Shown here piece by piece: positions 31,710 to 42,884 of a stretch of 64,000 nt of DNA. The position numbers and the translations under genes are program-made. The DNA comes from an uncultured Verrucomicrobiae bacterium (GTDB lineage Bacteria > Verrucomicrobiota > Verrucomicrobiia > Chthoniobacterales > Chthoniobacteraceae): assembly GCA_963828525.1 (NCBI GenBank), contig CAWHEP010000014.1, positions 160,001 through 224,000 of the forward strand, in the 5' to 3' direction. Within the stretch, counting starts at the first letter, position 1. Every line of letters begins with the position of its first letter. Under the pieces are notes generated by a model that was not told the DNA's origin, made no database searches, and was given only the letters and a program-made list of their open reading frames with translations.

Positions 31710-31797
31710 GAGCACAATCCTCGACTTCCTCAGGCACCTCTCGCGCAAATCCGCTTTCAAACCTGTCCAGCTTACGTTCTGGCAGGAGAATACCTAA
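31708..31797 (+). CDS. putative SOS-regulated micropeptide (29 aa) MSTILDFLRHLSRKSAFKPVQLTFWQENT
   Basis: ATG 7 nt after the -10 (leaderless geometry); below ORF-track cutoff; QLTFW motif near the C-terminus. Confidence 0.6.
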   Translation: MSTILDFLRHLSRKSAFKPVQLTFWQENT

Positions 31798-31842
31798 GAG
31801 AGCGGCTTGCTGCGCTGCCCGATCCTCGCCCATGCTGGCAAT

Positions 31843-32256
31843 ATGATCAAGGAACTAACACCTCTCCTCGTCGTTGACTCCATCGAGTCGCAACTCCCTT
31901 TTTGGAAGGATTGTCTTGGCTACGAGGTGGCGCTCAGTGTGCCCCACGGGGAATCGCTGGGCTTTGTGGGCCTCGCCCAAGGTGGACATATGGTGATGCT
32001 GCAAACCCGCGCCAGCTTGTTTGCGGATATGCCTCAGTGCGCGCGAAACCTTGAAACGAATGGCGGGTCGGTTCTTTACACGGTCGTCGACTCGCTCGAT
32101 GAAACCGTGAAAGCCTTGAAGTCGGTGAACGTCATACAGCCCGTCAGGGAGACATTTTACGGCATGCGGGAAATCTGGGTGCTTGATCCGTCCGGAAACA
32201 CAATTGGGTTTGCGGAGCGCATCCCTTCCAAGACACCGGAGCCGCTTCCAGACTAA
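31843..32256 (+). CDS. VOC/glyoxalase-family protein
   Basis: LTPLLVVDSIE, ETFYGMREIWVLDPSGN. Confidence 0.85.
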   Translation: MIKELTPLLVVDSIESQLPFWKDCLGYEVALSVPHGESLGFVGLAQGGHMVMLQTRASLFADMPQCARNLETNGGSVLYTVVDSLDETVKALKSVNVIQPVRETFYGMREIWVLDPSGNTIGFAERIPSKTPEPLPD

Positions 32257-32409
32257 GAGGGGCTGTCAGACCGCGCGGCGCCCAGGAGCCGACCGCTGGC
32301 AGAAGGGCGGCTCGTCCGCGCTCCCAGGGCAAAGTCGGCGGCCCGATGATACCTGCAATTGTGCTTTGCAAGGCGGCTGGGCACGGATACTTTCCCCACT
32401 TTGTCGTAA

Positions 32410-34772
32410 ATGAAATGGAGGGTTCCCAATCCCATGACCTGGCTTTGCAGGAGCCTCCTGATGCTGACGCTTCTCGTTCTCTGCCTGCCTTCGTGCTTCG
32501 CGCAAGGGCCTGAGAGCGGCAGCGCCGAAGTTGCCACGCCATTTTCCGACGCTCCGGTCAAGATCGACGCCGAGAGTACTCGTTTCGAAGGAGGTCTCGC
32601 CATCGCTGAGGAGAATGTGGTGATTCGCTCTGGCGATACCAAGATGCATTGCGACTACGCGCAGTATAACCCCGAGACCCACGATCTTCTGTTAAGGGGC
32701 AACGTTCGCATATATCAACCGCCCGATACGAAGAAACTGCCTGGCACCGATAGGGGCCATGTTTTCATGGGAGATCGGGCTGTGTATAACCTCGAAACCA
32801 AGGTTCTGCATGCCGCCAACTTCCGGGGAGAGTTCGATCCTTTTTTCTTCTCCAGTGAGTCTCTGTTTTCGCTGACAGAGAACAGCTACCAGTTGCGAGG
32901 CGCGACATTTACATCCAGCGATTCGTCGAAGCCTGACTATGCCCTGCGAGCCAAAAGCGTTCGTGTTTACCCCAAGGACCGCATCATCTTCAGCAATGTC
33001 ACGCTCTACGTGGGCCGCACCCCGGTTTTTTGGTTCCCGTACCTATGGCAGTTCCTCCGGCAGGATACTTCTTTCACCATCACTCCCGGATATACTTCGC
33101 TGTGGGGTTCGTTTCTCCTGAGCCAGTACACATTTCCCGCTCACCGACACGATCTCTGGTCAGGTCGAGCTTGATATCCGCTCGCTTCGCGGGATCGCGG
33201 CGGGATTTAATACAAAAGGGGATTACGGGGAGAACCATCGAGATTGGTTCAAATTCCGCTCTTACCTCGCTGAAGACCAGTCCACGGAAAAGAACATCAC
33301 CGCTTTTGCGCGAGAGAAGATCACCCCGCAGCGATACCGGGTTTCGCTTCAGGATCGCACTTTCATAACGGACGACATTTACGCCAGTATCGACGTCAAC
33401 AAGCTGAGCGATCCCTTATTCCTCCAGGACTTTGAGCAGAGTGAATTCCGTATAAACCCGCAGCCCGATAATGTGGCCGCCGTCACTTTTTTGCAGGATG
33501 ACTACACATTAAGCGGGATCGCGCGCGTTCAGTTAAACAAGTTCTTCGACAGGTACCGAGCGGCTGCCTGAACTGGTGTTCGATGGCAAACGCCACCCGA
33601 TCTTCGGCTCCGGTATATTCTATCAGGGCGAGACTGGAGCGGCTTACCTGCGACAGGGGTTTGCGCAAGGGTCCGGTCTTCCCAATTACGAGACTTTTCG
33701 CTTCGATACCTACAATCAACTGCTGTATCCGAAAACGTATTTTGGCTGGCTGAGCGTCATCCCTCGCGTCGGCCTCCGGGAGACGTATTACAGTCAGACC
33801 GGCGATACCCAGGCCGCCACAGTGCTTGAGAGTGTGCCGGTCACCGCCCCTGGCTTCCCTCCCCGGAGCGTGCTTGTGCCGACGATCAAGAATACGGTGG
33901 ACAAGCGCGGCGCGATTTTGCGGACAACCGTTGACGCGGGAATAGAATCCTCGTTCAAACTTTCCCGCGCGTATGAGGGGGTGCAGTCGCGGCTGCTCGG
34001 GTTCGATGGGCTGCGCCACGTTGTTCAGCCCTACACCGACTTTTCGTTTGTGACCACGGATCACAACAGCGATAAGATACTGCAGTTCGATCGCTATGAG
34101 CCTTCCGACCAGGCCAAGCCGATCGAATTCCCGCAGTTTACCAGCATCGATTCCATTTCGGACTGGGCGATCTGGCGGTATGGTGTCCGCAATCGCCTCG
34201 AAACCCGGCGCGACAGTTCCACCGTGGTGTGGCTGGATCTCGACTCCTACATTGATCTCAATATCAAAGATCCGAATTTCCCCGGCATCACCCAAAAGCC
34301 CGGTGAAGTTTCCAATGTCTATAACCGCCTTCGCCTGAACCCCGTGCCTTGGGTCACCCTTCAGGTAGATTCCCAGCTTCCTGTCTTGAAAACAGGATTC
34401 ACGGAATTGAACACTTCGGCCAACGTGCTCGTGGATAAGGATCTCTCGGTGAACATCGGCCACCGCTACATCGATGGAAATCCCTATTACGTGAACAGCA
34501 GTGAATTCACCTTTGGAGCCTTTTTGCACTTGACCGAAAATTGGTCGGTGAGCATGAACGAACAATATGAGTTCAAACAGAGCATCCTCGAATATCAGCA
34601 GTACGAGGTGCATCGCGATCTCAGTAGCTGGATTGCGACTTTCGGCATTTTTGACCGAAATAATGGCGGCAGCACCACAAATGAGTATGGCGTGCTTCTC
34701 TCTTTCACGCTAAAGGATGCCCCGCAGGTGAGCTTGCCGTTAAGCTTCGACCCGTATAGCACTAATCACTAA
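32410..34772 (+). CDS. lptD: LPS-assembly protein LptD (frameshifts near 33140 and 33550)
   Basis: OstA-like N-terminus (KIDAE...GNVRIY), YVGRTPVFWFPY, beta-barrel strands, RHVVQPY, GVRNRLETRR. Confidence 0.82.
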
Positions 34773-34789
34773 ACCGAAAAACATCATCT

Positions 34790-36103
34790 ATGGAACTATC
34801 AATTATTGGCTCGGGGTATGTGGGCCTTGTCACTGGCGCCTGCTTCGCGGAAGTGGGCCACAAAGTCGTTTGTGTCGATAACGATCCGAAAAAGGTCGAG
34901 GCTCTTCGCGCTGGGCGCATCCCCATCTACGAGCCCGGGTTGGATGATCTCGTGCATCGCAACGTATCAGCCCACAGGCTGCGTTTTACAGACAAGATCG
35001 AGGATGGCGTGGATAACTCCCAGGTGGTCTTCATCGCGGTGCCCACTCCGCCTCAGCCAGACGGCAGTGTGGACCTGAGCTTTATCGAGCGCGTTGCGCG
35101 TGAAATAGCGGGCGTCATCAAGGATTATCGCGTCATCGTGGACAAGAGCACGGTGCCTGTTAAGACGGGTGAAAAAGTTGCTGAGACGATCAAGCGTTAC
35201 AGCCGTTCCGGTGTGGAGTTCGACGTTGTAAGCAATCCTGAGTTCCTGCGCGAGGGTTGCGCCGTCGCCGATCTCATGAAGCCCGACCGTATTGTCATTG
35301 GGTCTTCCAGCGATCGCGCGCTCGCCCTCATGAAAAAGGTCTATGAGCCTTTCATGGCTCCCATTCTCGTTACTGATGTCAATAGCGCGGAATTGATCAA
35401 ACACGCGGCCAACTCATTCCTGGCGCTCAAAATCTCCTATATCAATGCTGTCTCCGCGGTGTGCGATGCGACCGGCGCGGATATCGAAAAAGTTGCTGAC
35501 GGCATTGGAGCCGATAAGCGGATCGGGCGCAGCTTCCTCAATGCCGGACTCGGCTATGGCGGCTCCTGCTTTCCGAAGGACATCGCGGCGTTTATCGCCA
35601 TTGCCGACGCGCTTGGCGTGCCGTTCCATCTTCTGAAGGAAGTGCAGCGAATTAACAAGGAGCAGAAAGAGCGGTTCCTCAAGTCCCTGCGCGACGCCCT
35701 CTGGGTGCTGCGCGATAAGAAGATCGCCGTCTGGGGTTTGACCTTCAAACCCGACACCGATGATGTCCGCAACTCGACAGCCATCGAGTTGGTAAACGAC
35801 CTTGTTCGCGAAGGAGCCATCGTCACCGCCTACGATCCGAAAGGGATGGAAAAGGCGACCGAGTTCAAACTTATCGAAGGAGCGCATCTGGCGAAATCAG
35901 CGCTCGAAGCCGTGGACGGAGCAGAAGCGCTGGTCCTTGCCACAGAGTGGTCGGAATTCGCGAACGTCGACCTTGAGGAAGTGAAGAAGCGGATGATGAC
36001 GCCCATGGTGTTCGACGGACGCAATCTTTTCGACCCGGAAACGATGTCCAACCTGGGCTTCTCATATCGAGGAGTTGGGCGGCGCGTCGAAGCCGCTGTT
36101 TAG
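34790..36103 (+). CDS. ugd: UDP-glucose 6-dehydrogenase
   Basis: IGSGYVG, KSTVPV, NPEFLREG, GYGGSCFPKD, FDGRN. Confidence 0.95.
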   Translation: MELSIIGSGYVGLVTGACFAEVGHKVVCVDNDPKKVEALRAGRIPIYEPGLDDLVHRNVSAHRLRFTDKIEDGVDNSQVVFIAVPTPPQPDGSVDLSFIERVAREIAGVIKDYRVIVDKSTVPVKTGEKVAETIKRYSRSGVEFDVVSNPEFLREGCAVADLMKPDRIVIGSSSDRALALMKKVYEPFMAPILVTDVNSAELIKHAANSFLALKISYINAVSAVCDATGADIEKVADGIGADKRIGRSFLNAGLGYGGSCFPKDIAAFIAIADALGVPFHLLKEVQRINKEQKERFLKSLRDALWVLRDKKIAVWGLTFKPDTDDVRNSTAIELVNDLVREGAIVTAYDPKGMEKATEFKLIEGAHLAKSALEAVDGAEALVLATEWSEFANVDLEEVKKRMMTPMVFDGRNLFDPETMSNLGFSYRGVGRRVEAAV

Positions 36104-36192
36104 GCGTCAAAAGAGGGTCGGTGCCGCGACCCCTGCGCAGAGTAACATCCCGCCGACCCCCGGGCGGGGGTGTGTCATTCTCTGTGAAGGAG

Positions 36193-37431
36193 ATGGGCTT
36201 CGTGGCTGCTAAAACACTACGCTCGGTCTGCGTCCAGGCGCTGGATCGGTGGGAGGGAAGCAGCGACTTTGCCGATGCAATATTGCGCGAGAGCCTTGCC
36301 TCCAGCAACCTCTCGCCACTGGATCGCGCGCTTCTTCAGGAACTGTTTTATGGGGTGTTGAGGAATCTCACCCGCCTCGACTTCATTCGCTCGTTGCTCA
36401 GAAAGGAAGCAGTCGATCCGCTTACACTCCAAATCCTGCGGATTGGTTTCTACCAGATTTTCCATACCCGCATCCCTTCTCACGCCGCGGTGAACGAGAC
36501 CGTGGAACTGGCCGGGAAATCTCGACCGCTGGTAAACGCTCTGCTTCGCCGTTGCCTGAGAGAACGCGATAGCATTCAGCGGTCGATCAGCGAAAGCTCG
36601 CCTTCCATACAATATTCCCATCCGGAACTGCTCGTCTCAAGGTGGCGGAAAGCTTTTGGGGATAAGGCGATGCGCGCTCTCTGCGAATGGAACAATTCGC
36701 CTCCAGAAATGTTTGTCCGAGCGAATGGCATCAGAACTACACGGGATGAGCTGCTGCGGAAAAACGAAGATGCCCAAGCGTGTCCATTCCACACCGAAGC
36801 GCTTACAGTAAAGCGCTTGCCCGAAGCATGGCTGGCGGAGGGCCTTTGCTATGTGCAGGATCCCAGCACCCTCATGTCCTGCGACCTTGTCGCCCCTCAA
36901 CCAGGTGAGCGCGTCCTTGATGCCTGCGCTTCTCCTGGAGGCAAGACCACTTACATGGCGAGCCTCATGAAAAACCAGGGGGAGATCATCGCCTGCGACG
37001 TTTCCGAACGACTGCCGAGGCTTTCCGCTAATCTCGCGAGTCTCGGGGTCACGAACGTCAGGGTCGTCGAGCAGAATTGGATCGCGCGCCCGTCCACTCT
37101 CTCGCCTGCCAGCTTTGATCGCATCCTGGTGGATGCTCCCTGCACCAATACAGGCGTTATCCGCCGGCGTGTGGATGCCCGCTGGCGCCTGAGGGAGAGC
37201 GACTTTCAGGACATGCCCCGAAAGCAGATGGCCATCGTTGGCGCAGTGTCGCAGCTTCTTAAGAAAGGCGGAATTCTGGTGTACAGCACGTGCAGTCTGG
37301 AGCCGGAGGAGAATGAACTGATCCTTGGACGGCTTAGCCCAGGCGATCTGACGTTCGTGGAATCGAAACAATTGCTGCCTTTCCGCGACGGAACAGACGG
37401 CGCGTTCGCTGCCAAATTCGTTAAAAAGTAA
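36193..37431 (+). CDS. rsmB: 16S rRNA m5C967 methyltransferase RsmB
   Basis: NusB-like N-terminal domain (HAAVNETV), YSHP, YVQD, LDACASPGGKT, VDAPC, YSTCSLEPEEN. Confidence 0.92.
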   Translation: MGFVAAKTLRSVCVQALDRWEGSSDFADAILRESLASSNLSPLDRALLQELFYGVLRNLTRLDFIRSLLRKEAVDPLTLQILRIGFYQIFHTRIPSHAAVNETVELAGKSRPLVNALLRRCLRERDSIQRSISESSPSIQYSHPELLVSRWRKAFGDKAMRALCEWNNSPPEMFVRANGIRTTRDELLRKNEDAQACPFHTEALTVKRLPEAWLAEGLCYVQDPSTLMSCDLVAPQPGERVLDACASPGGKTTYMASLMKNQGEIIACDVSERLPRLSANLASLGVTNVRVVEQNWIARPSTLSPASFDRILVDAPCTNTGVIRRRVDARWRLRESDFQDMPRKQMAIVGAVSQLLKKGGILVYSTCSLEPEENELILGRLSPGDLTFVESKQLLPFRDGTDGAFAAKFVKK

Positions 37432-37467
37432 TATTGCGGCATGTTCCGTCGCGGCTGAACGTCCAAA

Positions 37468-39192
37468 GTGAACGCAGGCCCTTCTCCCTACGCGGGTACA
37501 GCTCATCTGTTCAGGCTCCTGTTCTGGGTGCAATTACGTTCGTTGCGGGCTCGGATTGCGCGGATAAGAAATCAGTCCCCGCTTCTCCTGTTCGTTCTCG
37601 GATCTTTCATAGCCGGGTATCTCTTTGCCGGCTATTGGCTGTTCTACATGGGAATGTCGAAGCTCTACGAATTCCCGATCATCGGCGCGCTGCTTTCACA
37701 GAGGATCTTGTTTCTGATTTTCGGGTTTTTCTTTGCCATGTTGGCGGTCTCAAACCTCATCATCAGCTACTCGACCCTGTTTAAGAATCGCGAGACGGCG
37801 TGGTTGCTGACCTTGCCGATCCCGGCGAGCGACGTGTACCGTTGGAAATTCGTTGAGTCGCTCGGGGTCTCCAGTTGGGCGCTGATTTTCCTGAGCGCCC
37901 CGATGATGGCCGCGTTCGGCAGACTTCACAATGTGTCGCCTTTTTTCTATGTCTTTGTAGGCGCGGCGTATCTGCCTTTCGTAATAATCCCGGCGCTGCT
38001 GGGGTCGTGGAGCATCCTCTTCGCCGTCCGCGTCCTTTCCCGACCCTGGATCAAGAAGGTCCTTCTGGTCGGCGCTGCGGCATCGCTTCTTCTGATGATT
38101 GCCACCGTAAAGCCGGTTAAGGATACGGATGTGCGCGGCGATCAGGATGAGCGTTCATTCTATGAGCTCCTTCGCCACACACGGGTGGGCCTGAATCCCT
38201 ACCTGCCGAGTGCCTGGCTCGCCCGTTCTGTTCTTTGCTGGAGCGAAGGGCTTAATGGCCAGGGCTCGTTCTATTTTCTTGTGCTGGTGAGCAACGCGGC
38301 GATGGGGCTGCTCCTCGGCTTTGAAGTTGCTGGCAGACATTTTTACTCGAGTTGGACGGTTGCGGCGAGTTCTCGCGCGGAGAGAATGCACCGTGACGCG
38401 GCCGCGAGGCGCGGTTTCCGGAGCCATTCGCGCGTCGAGGGCATCATTAGGAAGACGCCATTCTTTTCCAGGCCAGTGCTCGCCCTCGGATGGAAGGACG
38501 TTATCGTCTTCTGGCGCGACCCGGCGCAGTGGACCCAGTTCATGATATTCTTCGGGCTGCTTTGCATCTATGTGGCAAATCTGCGGAACGTCGCGTTCAC
38601 TTTCCGAAGTGAGTTCTGGGAGACAGTCATCAGCTATCTGAACCTCACCGCGTCCGCCTTGACGCTGTCCACCCTGACGACGCGGTTTGTTTTCCCGCAA
38701 TTCAGCCTGGAGGGACGCCGTCTTTGGATCGTTGGTCTGGCGCCCATCGGACTGCGCAAAGTCTTGCTGCAAAAATTTTGGCTCAGTTGCGGGGTGGCAA
38801 TGGTCATCACCGTGAGCTTGATGGTCGCGTCGAGCCTTATGCTGCATCTCGCCGTTGGCAAAGTGTTTTGGTTTGCCGCTGCGATCGCTCTTATGAGCGC
38901 GACTCTGTGCAGCCTGGCGGTTAGTCTCGGAGCCCTTTTTCCGAACCTCAAGGAGGAGAATCCTTCCAAGATCGTCTCTGGCTTCGGAGGAACGCTCTGC
39001 CTTGTCATCAGCTTCATCTATATCACCTTTTTTATAGCTCTCGCGGCGGTGCCGGGTATGCGCCGCGTGATGCATGTCTCTTTTTTTCTTTCGAACGGGG
39101 TTGCGCTTGGCATGGCTGTCGCCTTAAGTCTGTTGATCCTGTTTGTGCCAATGGCGGCTGCCATGCGACGTGTGAAAAATCTGGAGTTTTGA
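37468..39192 (+). CDS. putative ABC-2-type transporter permease
   Basis: Many TM segments; KD..VFWRDPAQW, RFVFPQFSLEG motifs. Confidence 0.75.
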   Translation: MNAGPSPYAGTAHLFRLLFWVQLRSLRARIARIRNQSPLLLFVLGSFIAGYLFAGYWLFYMGMSKLYEFPIIGALLSQRILFLIFGFFFAMLAVSNLIISYSTLFKNRETAWLLTLPIPASDVYRWKFVESLGVSSWALIFLSAPMMAAFGRLHNVSPFFYVFVGAAYLPFVIIPALLGSWSILFAVRVLSRPWIKKVLLVGAAASLLLMIATVKPVKDTDVRGDQDERSFYELLRHTRVGLNPYLPSAWLARSVLCWSEGLNGQGSFYFLVLVSNAAMGLLLGFEVAGRHFYSSWTVAASSRAERMHRDAAARRGFRSHSRVEGIIRKTPFFSRPVLALGWKDVIVFWRDPAQWTQFMIFFGLLCIYVANLRNVAFTFRSEFWETVISYLNLTASALTLSTLTTRFVFPQFSLEGRRLWIVGLAPIGLRKVLLQKFWLSCGVAMVITVSLMVASSLMLHLAVGKVFWFAAAIALMSATLCSLAVSLGALFPNLKEENPSKIVSGFGGTLCLVISFIYITFFIALAAVPGMRRVMHVSFFLSNGVALGMAVALSLLILFVPMAAAMRRVKNLEF

Positions 39193-39208
39193 GTACCCTT
39201 GTTTAACA

Positions 39209-39853
39209 ATGCCCCGCAACGAACCCATGGCAGATCGCGCGAGAGAAAAAGAAACCTACCTCGAATTGCAGGAGGATGACGCGCTGTCGGGCGAGCATCT
39301 CGACTCGCAGGTCCAAAAGGCGCAGGAACAACTCGTGTTGCTCCGCAGGCAACAGGACCAGATCGAGAAGCAGAAGCGCGAGCTCGAGGAGTTAAGCCGC
39401 CGCCAGGAACTGTTGCAGCAGGGCAAAGGCGAGATGGTGGAAAAATTGACGCGCGCCCTTGTGGTGGTTGAGAGGGAGACACACGAAGCCCAGAAACGCG
39501 TGGAGCAGCTCCAGGCTGTGAACGATTCCTATATCCAGCACCTTTCCACCCTTGAGACCATCAATCCCAAAAACTGGGACAACCTGGATATTAATAAGGA
39601 ACTGAACAGGTCTCTCAGCGCGGTTGATGACGCAAGGGCGGAATACGCGCGTTCCATCCCCAAAATCAAGCAGAGCGAAGCATCAGCGCCGGAGACCTCC
39701 ACGACCGCCGAATTATACGCGGCCGGGTTTGGGCAGCCTCCCGAGAAGGACTTCCTTTACTGGTTGAAGAGCGGCTTCGCCTTTACGCTGCCGCTCCTAA
39801 CCTTCGGCGTGGTGGTTGCTGTGGTGGTCTTCCTCCGGTTTAGCAATATCTAA
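39209..39853 (+). CDS. coiled-coil protein with C-terminal membrane anchor
   Basis: Q/E/R-rich heptads followed by a hydrophobic tail. Confidence 0.75.
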   Translation: MPRNEPMADRAREKETYLELQEDDALSGEHLDSQVQKAQEQLVLLRRQQDQIEKQKRELEELSRRQELLQQGKGEMVEKLTRALVVVERETHEAQKRVEQLQAVNDSYIQHLSTLETINPKNWDNLDINKELNRSLSAVDDARAEYARSIPKIKQSEASAPETSTTAELYAAGFGQPPEKDFLYWLKSGFAFTLPLLTFGVVVAVVVFLRFSNI

Positions 39854-39859
39854 AACAGC

Positions 39860-40240
39860 ATGCGGCCCCGGAGACGGAACCCAAAAGAGGCGACGCCGCT
39901 GGACAACCGTCAACGCGCGCTCGCGGACGAGCAGGCAAAGCTGCGATCCAAAGTGGATCAACTGGAGCGCTTGATCGCCGATGCCCCCCGGATGGCGGAG
40001 GAGGAAGAGAAACGGCGGCGTGAGATTCTCATAACGCGGGCGAGCCAGGGGGCGCGGCGCTCGGATTCCTCCGCTGCCCTCGTGGACAAGAGGTTCGATC
40101 TGCACGCCCAAGGCGCTCCGCGACAAAAACGGCGCAATCTGAGATCCCGCCAGCGCGCTGAACGGCTGCAATTTATCGTCCTCTGCATCGTGCTTGCCGC
40201 GATTGTGCTGTTCGTCATTAAGAACATGCCCCGCATGTGA
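39860..40240 (+). CDS. hypothetical protein with C-terminal TM helix
   Basis: Tight operon spacing; coiled-coil plus one TM helix. Confidence 0.65.
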   Translation: MRPRRRNPKEATPLDNRQRALADEQAKLRSKVDQLERLIADAPRMAEEEEKRRREILITRASQGARRSDSSAALVDKRFDLHAQGAPRQKRRNLRSRQRAERLQFIVLCIVLAAIVLFVIKNMPRM

Positions 40241-40325
40241 TTTCTCTGCTTCTTTCTGAGGCGTACCCGCTGCTTTTGAATGATTCCCGTTTGAGCTTCC
40301 GCCATTCTTCCCTCATGATGCGGGC

Positions 40326-40610
40326 ATGAGCGCCCAATTCGACGTCCGATATACCGCGCAGCTTGCGCGCCTGAACCTCACGGAGGAGGAAGTATCCAAA
40401 TTTCAGTCCCAACTCGGACAGGTGCTCGAGTATGTCGAGAAGCTATCCCTGGTCGATGTTTCCGGCGTGGAACCGACTGCTCATACAAGTCCCGTTTTTA
40501 ACGTCTTTCGCGATGATGTCCCGCGCGAAGGGTTCACCGCCGAACAGGCTCTTTCAAATGCGCCGAGGCAGGCAAACAATCTCTTTATGGTGACGAAAGT
40601 CGTCGAGTAG
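40326..40610 (+). CDS. gatC: Asp/Glu-tRNA amidotransferase subunit C
   Basis: AQLARL, VEPTAH, LSNAP; directly before gatA. Confidence 0.93.
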   Translation: MSAQFDVRYTAQLARLNLTEEEVSKFQSQLGQVLEYVEKLSLVDVSGVEPTAHTSPVFNVFRDDVPREGFTAEQALSNAPRQANNLFMVTKVVE

Positions 40611-40615
40611 CAGGC

Positions 40616-42063
40616 ATGGAAATCACCTCGCTTACTCTCTCCGCCTTGCGGGACGAACTTCGCGCTCGCTCACTTTCTCCAGAGGACGTTCTGCGCGCCT
40701 TGGAAACACGCATCTCTCAGGTTGATCCGCTCATTCACGGTTACCTGAGCAGGGACTTCGAAACTGCCATGGTTGAAGCCCGCAAAGCGGATACCTCCCG
40801 GGCGCTCGGGGGAATTCCTATCGCGATCAAGGACGTCATCAACGTCGCGGGGCAGCCTTGCGCGTGCGCTTCAAAGATTCTTCGGGGGTACAAGCTCCTT
40901 ACGATGCAACCGTCATTGAAAAACTCCGCGCGGCTGGGGCGATCCCGTTCGGACGCGCGAACATGGATGAATTCGCGATGGGATCATCCACTGAAAATTC
41001 CAGTGTCTCACCGACATTCAACCCATGGGATGTCTCGCGGATCCCGGGAGGTTCGAGCGGAGGATCAGCCGCCGTTGTCGCCGCTGACCTGGCCTTTGCC
41101 GCGCTCGGCTCCGATACGGGCGGCTCCATCCGGCAGCCAGCGGCTCTCTGCGGTTGCGTGGGGTTGAAGCCCAGTTACGGACGTGTTTCCCGCTTTGGTC
41201 TGGTGGCTTTCGCTTCCTCCCTGGATCAGATCGGCCCTTTCACGAAAACCACGCGCGATGCTGCTTTGATGCTGAATGCGATCTCGGGAGTGGATCCCCG
41301 CGATTCAACCAGTTTGAACGAAGTCTCGCCCGATTACACGGCCGCCCTGGGGCGCGACCTCAAAGGCGTTCGGCTTGGCATGCCGAAGGAATATTTTGTC
41401 AGCGGGATCGATCCTCAAGTGGATGCCGCCATCAGAACGGCAATCCGTCATTACGAAAGTCTTGGCGCTGAGATCGTGGAAGTGTCTCTGCCGCACACGG
41501 AGCACGCCGTCGGTGTTTACTATATCATCGCCACCGCCGAAGCTTCCGCGAATCTTGCCCGCTTTGATGGTGTGAGATACGGTCACCGCGCGAGTGACGT
41601 TGCCAACCTGCTCGAACATTACGGCAAGACACGGGAAGAAGGCTTCGGTCCGGAGGTGAAGCGCCGCATCATCCTTGGCACGTACGTTCTTAGCTCCGGC
41701 TATTACGATGCCTACTATCTCCGCGCGCAGAAGGTCAGGACTTTGATCCGCCGCGATTTTACCGAAGCCTTCGAGAAAGTGGATGCCATTGTGTGCCCGA
41801 CATCTCCAGAGCCGGCGTTCAAGGTTGGCGAACGCAGCGATGATCCCCTGAAAATGTATCTTGCCGATATATTCACCATCGCCGCGAACCTCGCGGGAAT
41901 CTGCGGGATCAGCATCCCATGCGGCTTCGCGCAAATAGACGGAAAGCCGCTTCCCATCGGTTTGCAAATCCTGGGCAAACCCTTTGATGAAGCCGGCCTG
42001 CTAAAGATCGCCTACGCCTATGAGCAGAGCACTCCGTGGCATCTTGAGAAGCCCGCGCTCTGA
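40616..42063 (+). CDS. gatA: Asp/Glu-tRNA amidotransferase subunit A (frameshift near 40890)
   Basis: [58 protein letters not shown]. Confidence 0.95.
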
Positions 42064-42092
42064 GGCAGGGTTGCGTCGCGAAGGTGGGGCTT

Positions 42093-42464
42093 TTAGGGAG
42101 CCGGAGCGTCTTTCGCGCGTGTCATGTATTTTTTATACACCGTTACCTGCGCTCCATGGCCGTTATTCTCCACCTCCGGGCGGATGACAAAATTGTCATC
42201 GTCTTTCTTCTTTCGGCGAATTTTCACCAGTCGAGTTTTGCCGGGATGACCGGGCTGTGGCTCCTCAACCGTGACCTCTTCGGTTCGATTAAATACGCCG
42301 TGGTCCCCAAAGAGTGAGATGGAGTTGCTATGTCTTGGGAGCGAGGTGTTGTAGCCTCCGTGCCCGTTGGAAATCATGTCAGACTGCCCGCCGTCCGCGG
42401 CGAATGCTCCGGAGAACGCGACAGGGGTTAACGCTATTGCGCCGACGAGGGTGATAAGTTTCAT
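42093..42464 (-). CDS. small secreted hypothetical protein
   Basis: Signal peptide MKLITLVGAIALTPVAFSGAFA; two NGHG motifs. Confidence 0.6.
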   Translation of the reverse strand: MKLITLVGAIALTPVAFSGAFAADGGQSDMISNGHGGYNTSLPRHSNSISLFGDHGVFNRTEEVTVEEPQPGHPGKTRLVKIRRKKKDDDNFVIRPEVENNGHGAQVTVYKKYMTRAKDAPAP

Positions 42465-42599
42465 TCGAGTTTCCTTTTGTTGTCGGGCCCTGTTTCTCCT
42501 GCCGGTTTGGCAAGAATCACACAACTTTTCACCATATACACCCATTTTCGCGCCTTTTTGCATTGTCGCCCAGGCAATGACCCCGTAGAAACAAAACTT

Positions 42600-42884
42600 A
42601 TGGCAAAAACTACCAACCCCGAAACACCCAAACGCAAACCCAATCCCGCCCTCATGAAGCCCGTGCAACCGGACGACAAGCTCGCCTTGATCGTTGGATC
42701 AACTCCTCTGCCGCGCGGCGAAATGACAAAGAAGCTTTGGGACTACATCAAGAAGCATGGTCTCCAGGACGCAACCAAGAAAACCCTCATCAACGCGGAT
42801 GACAACCTCAAGGCCGTCTTTAACGGAAAGAAGCAAGTGACAATGTTCGAGATGACAAAGCTCGTCTCCGCTCACGTCAGCTAA
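42600..42884 (+). CDS. standalone SWIB/MDM2-domain protein
   Basis: LMKPVQP, KKLWDYIKKHGLQD, INADDNLKAVF, VTMFEMTKLVSAH. Confidence 0.92.
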   Translation: MAKTTNPETPKRKPNPALMKPVQPDDKLALIVGSTPLPRGEMTKKLWDYIKKHGLQDATKKTLINADDNLKAVFNGKKQVTMFEMTKLVSAHVS

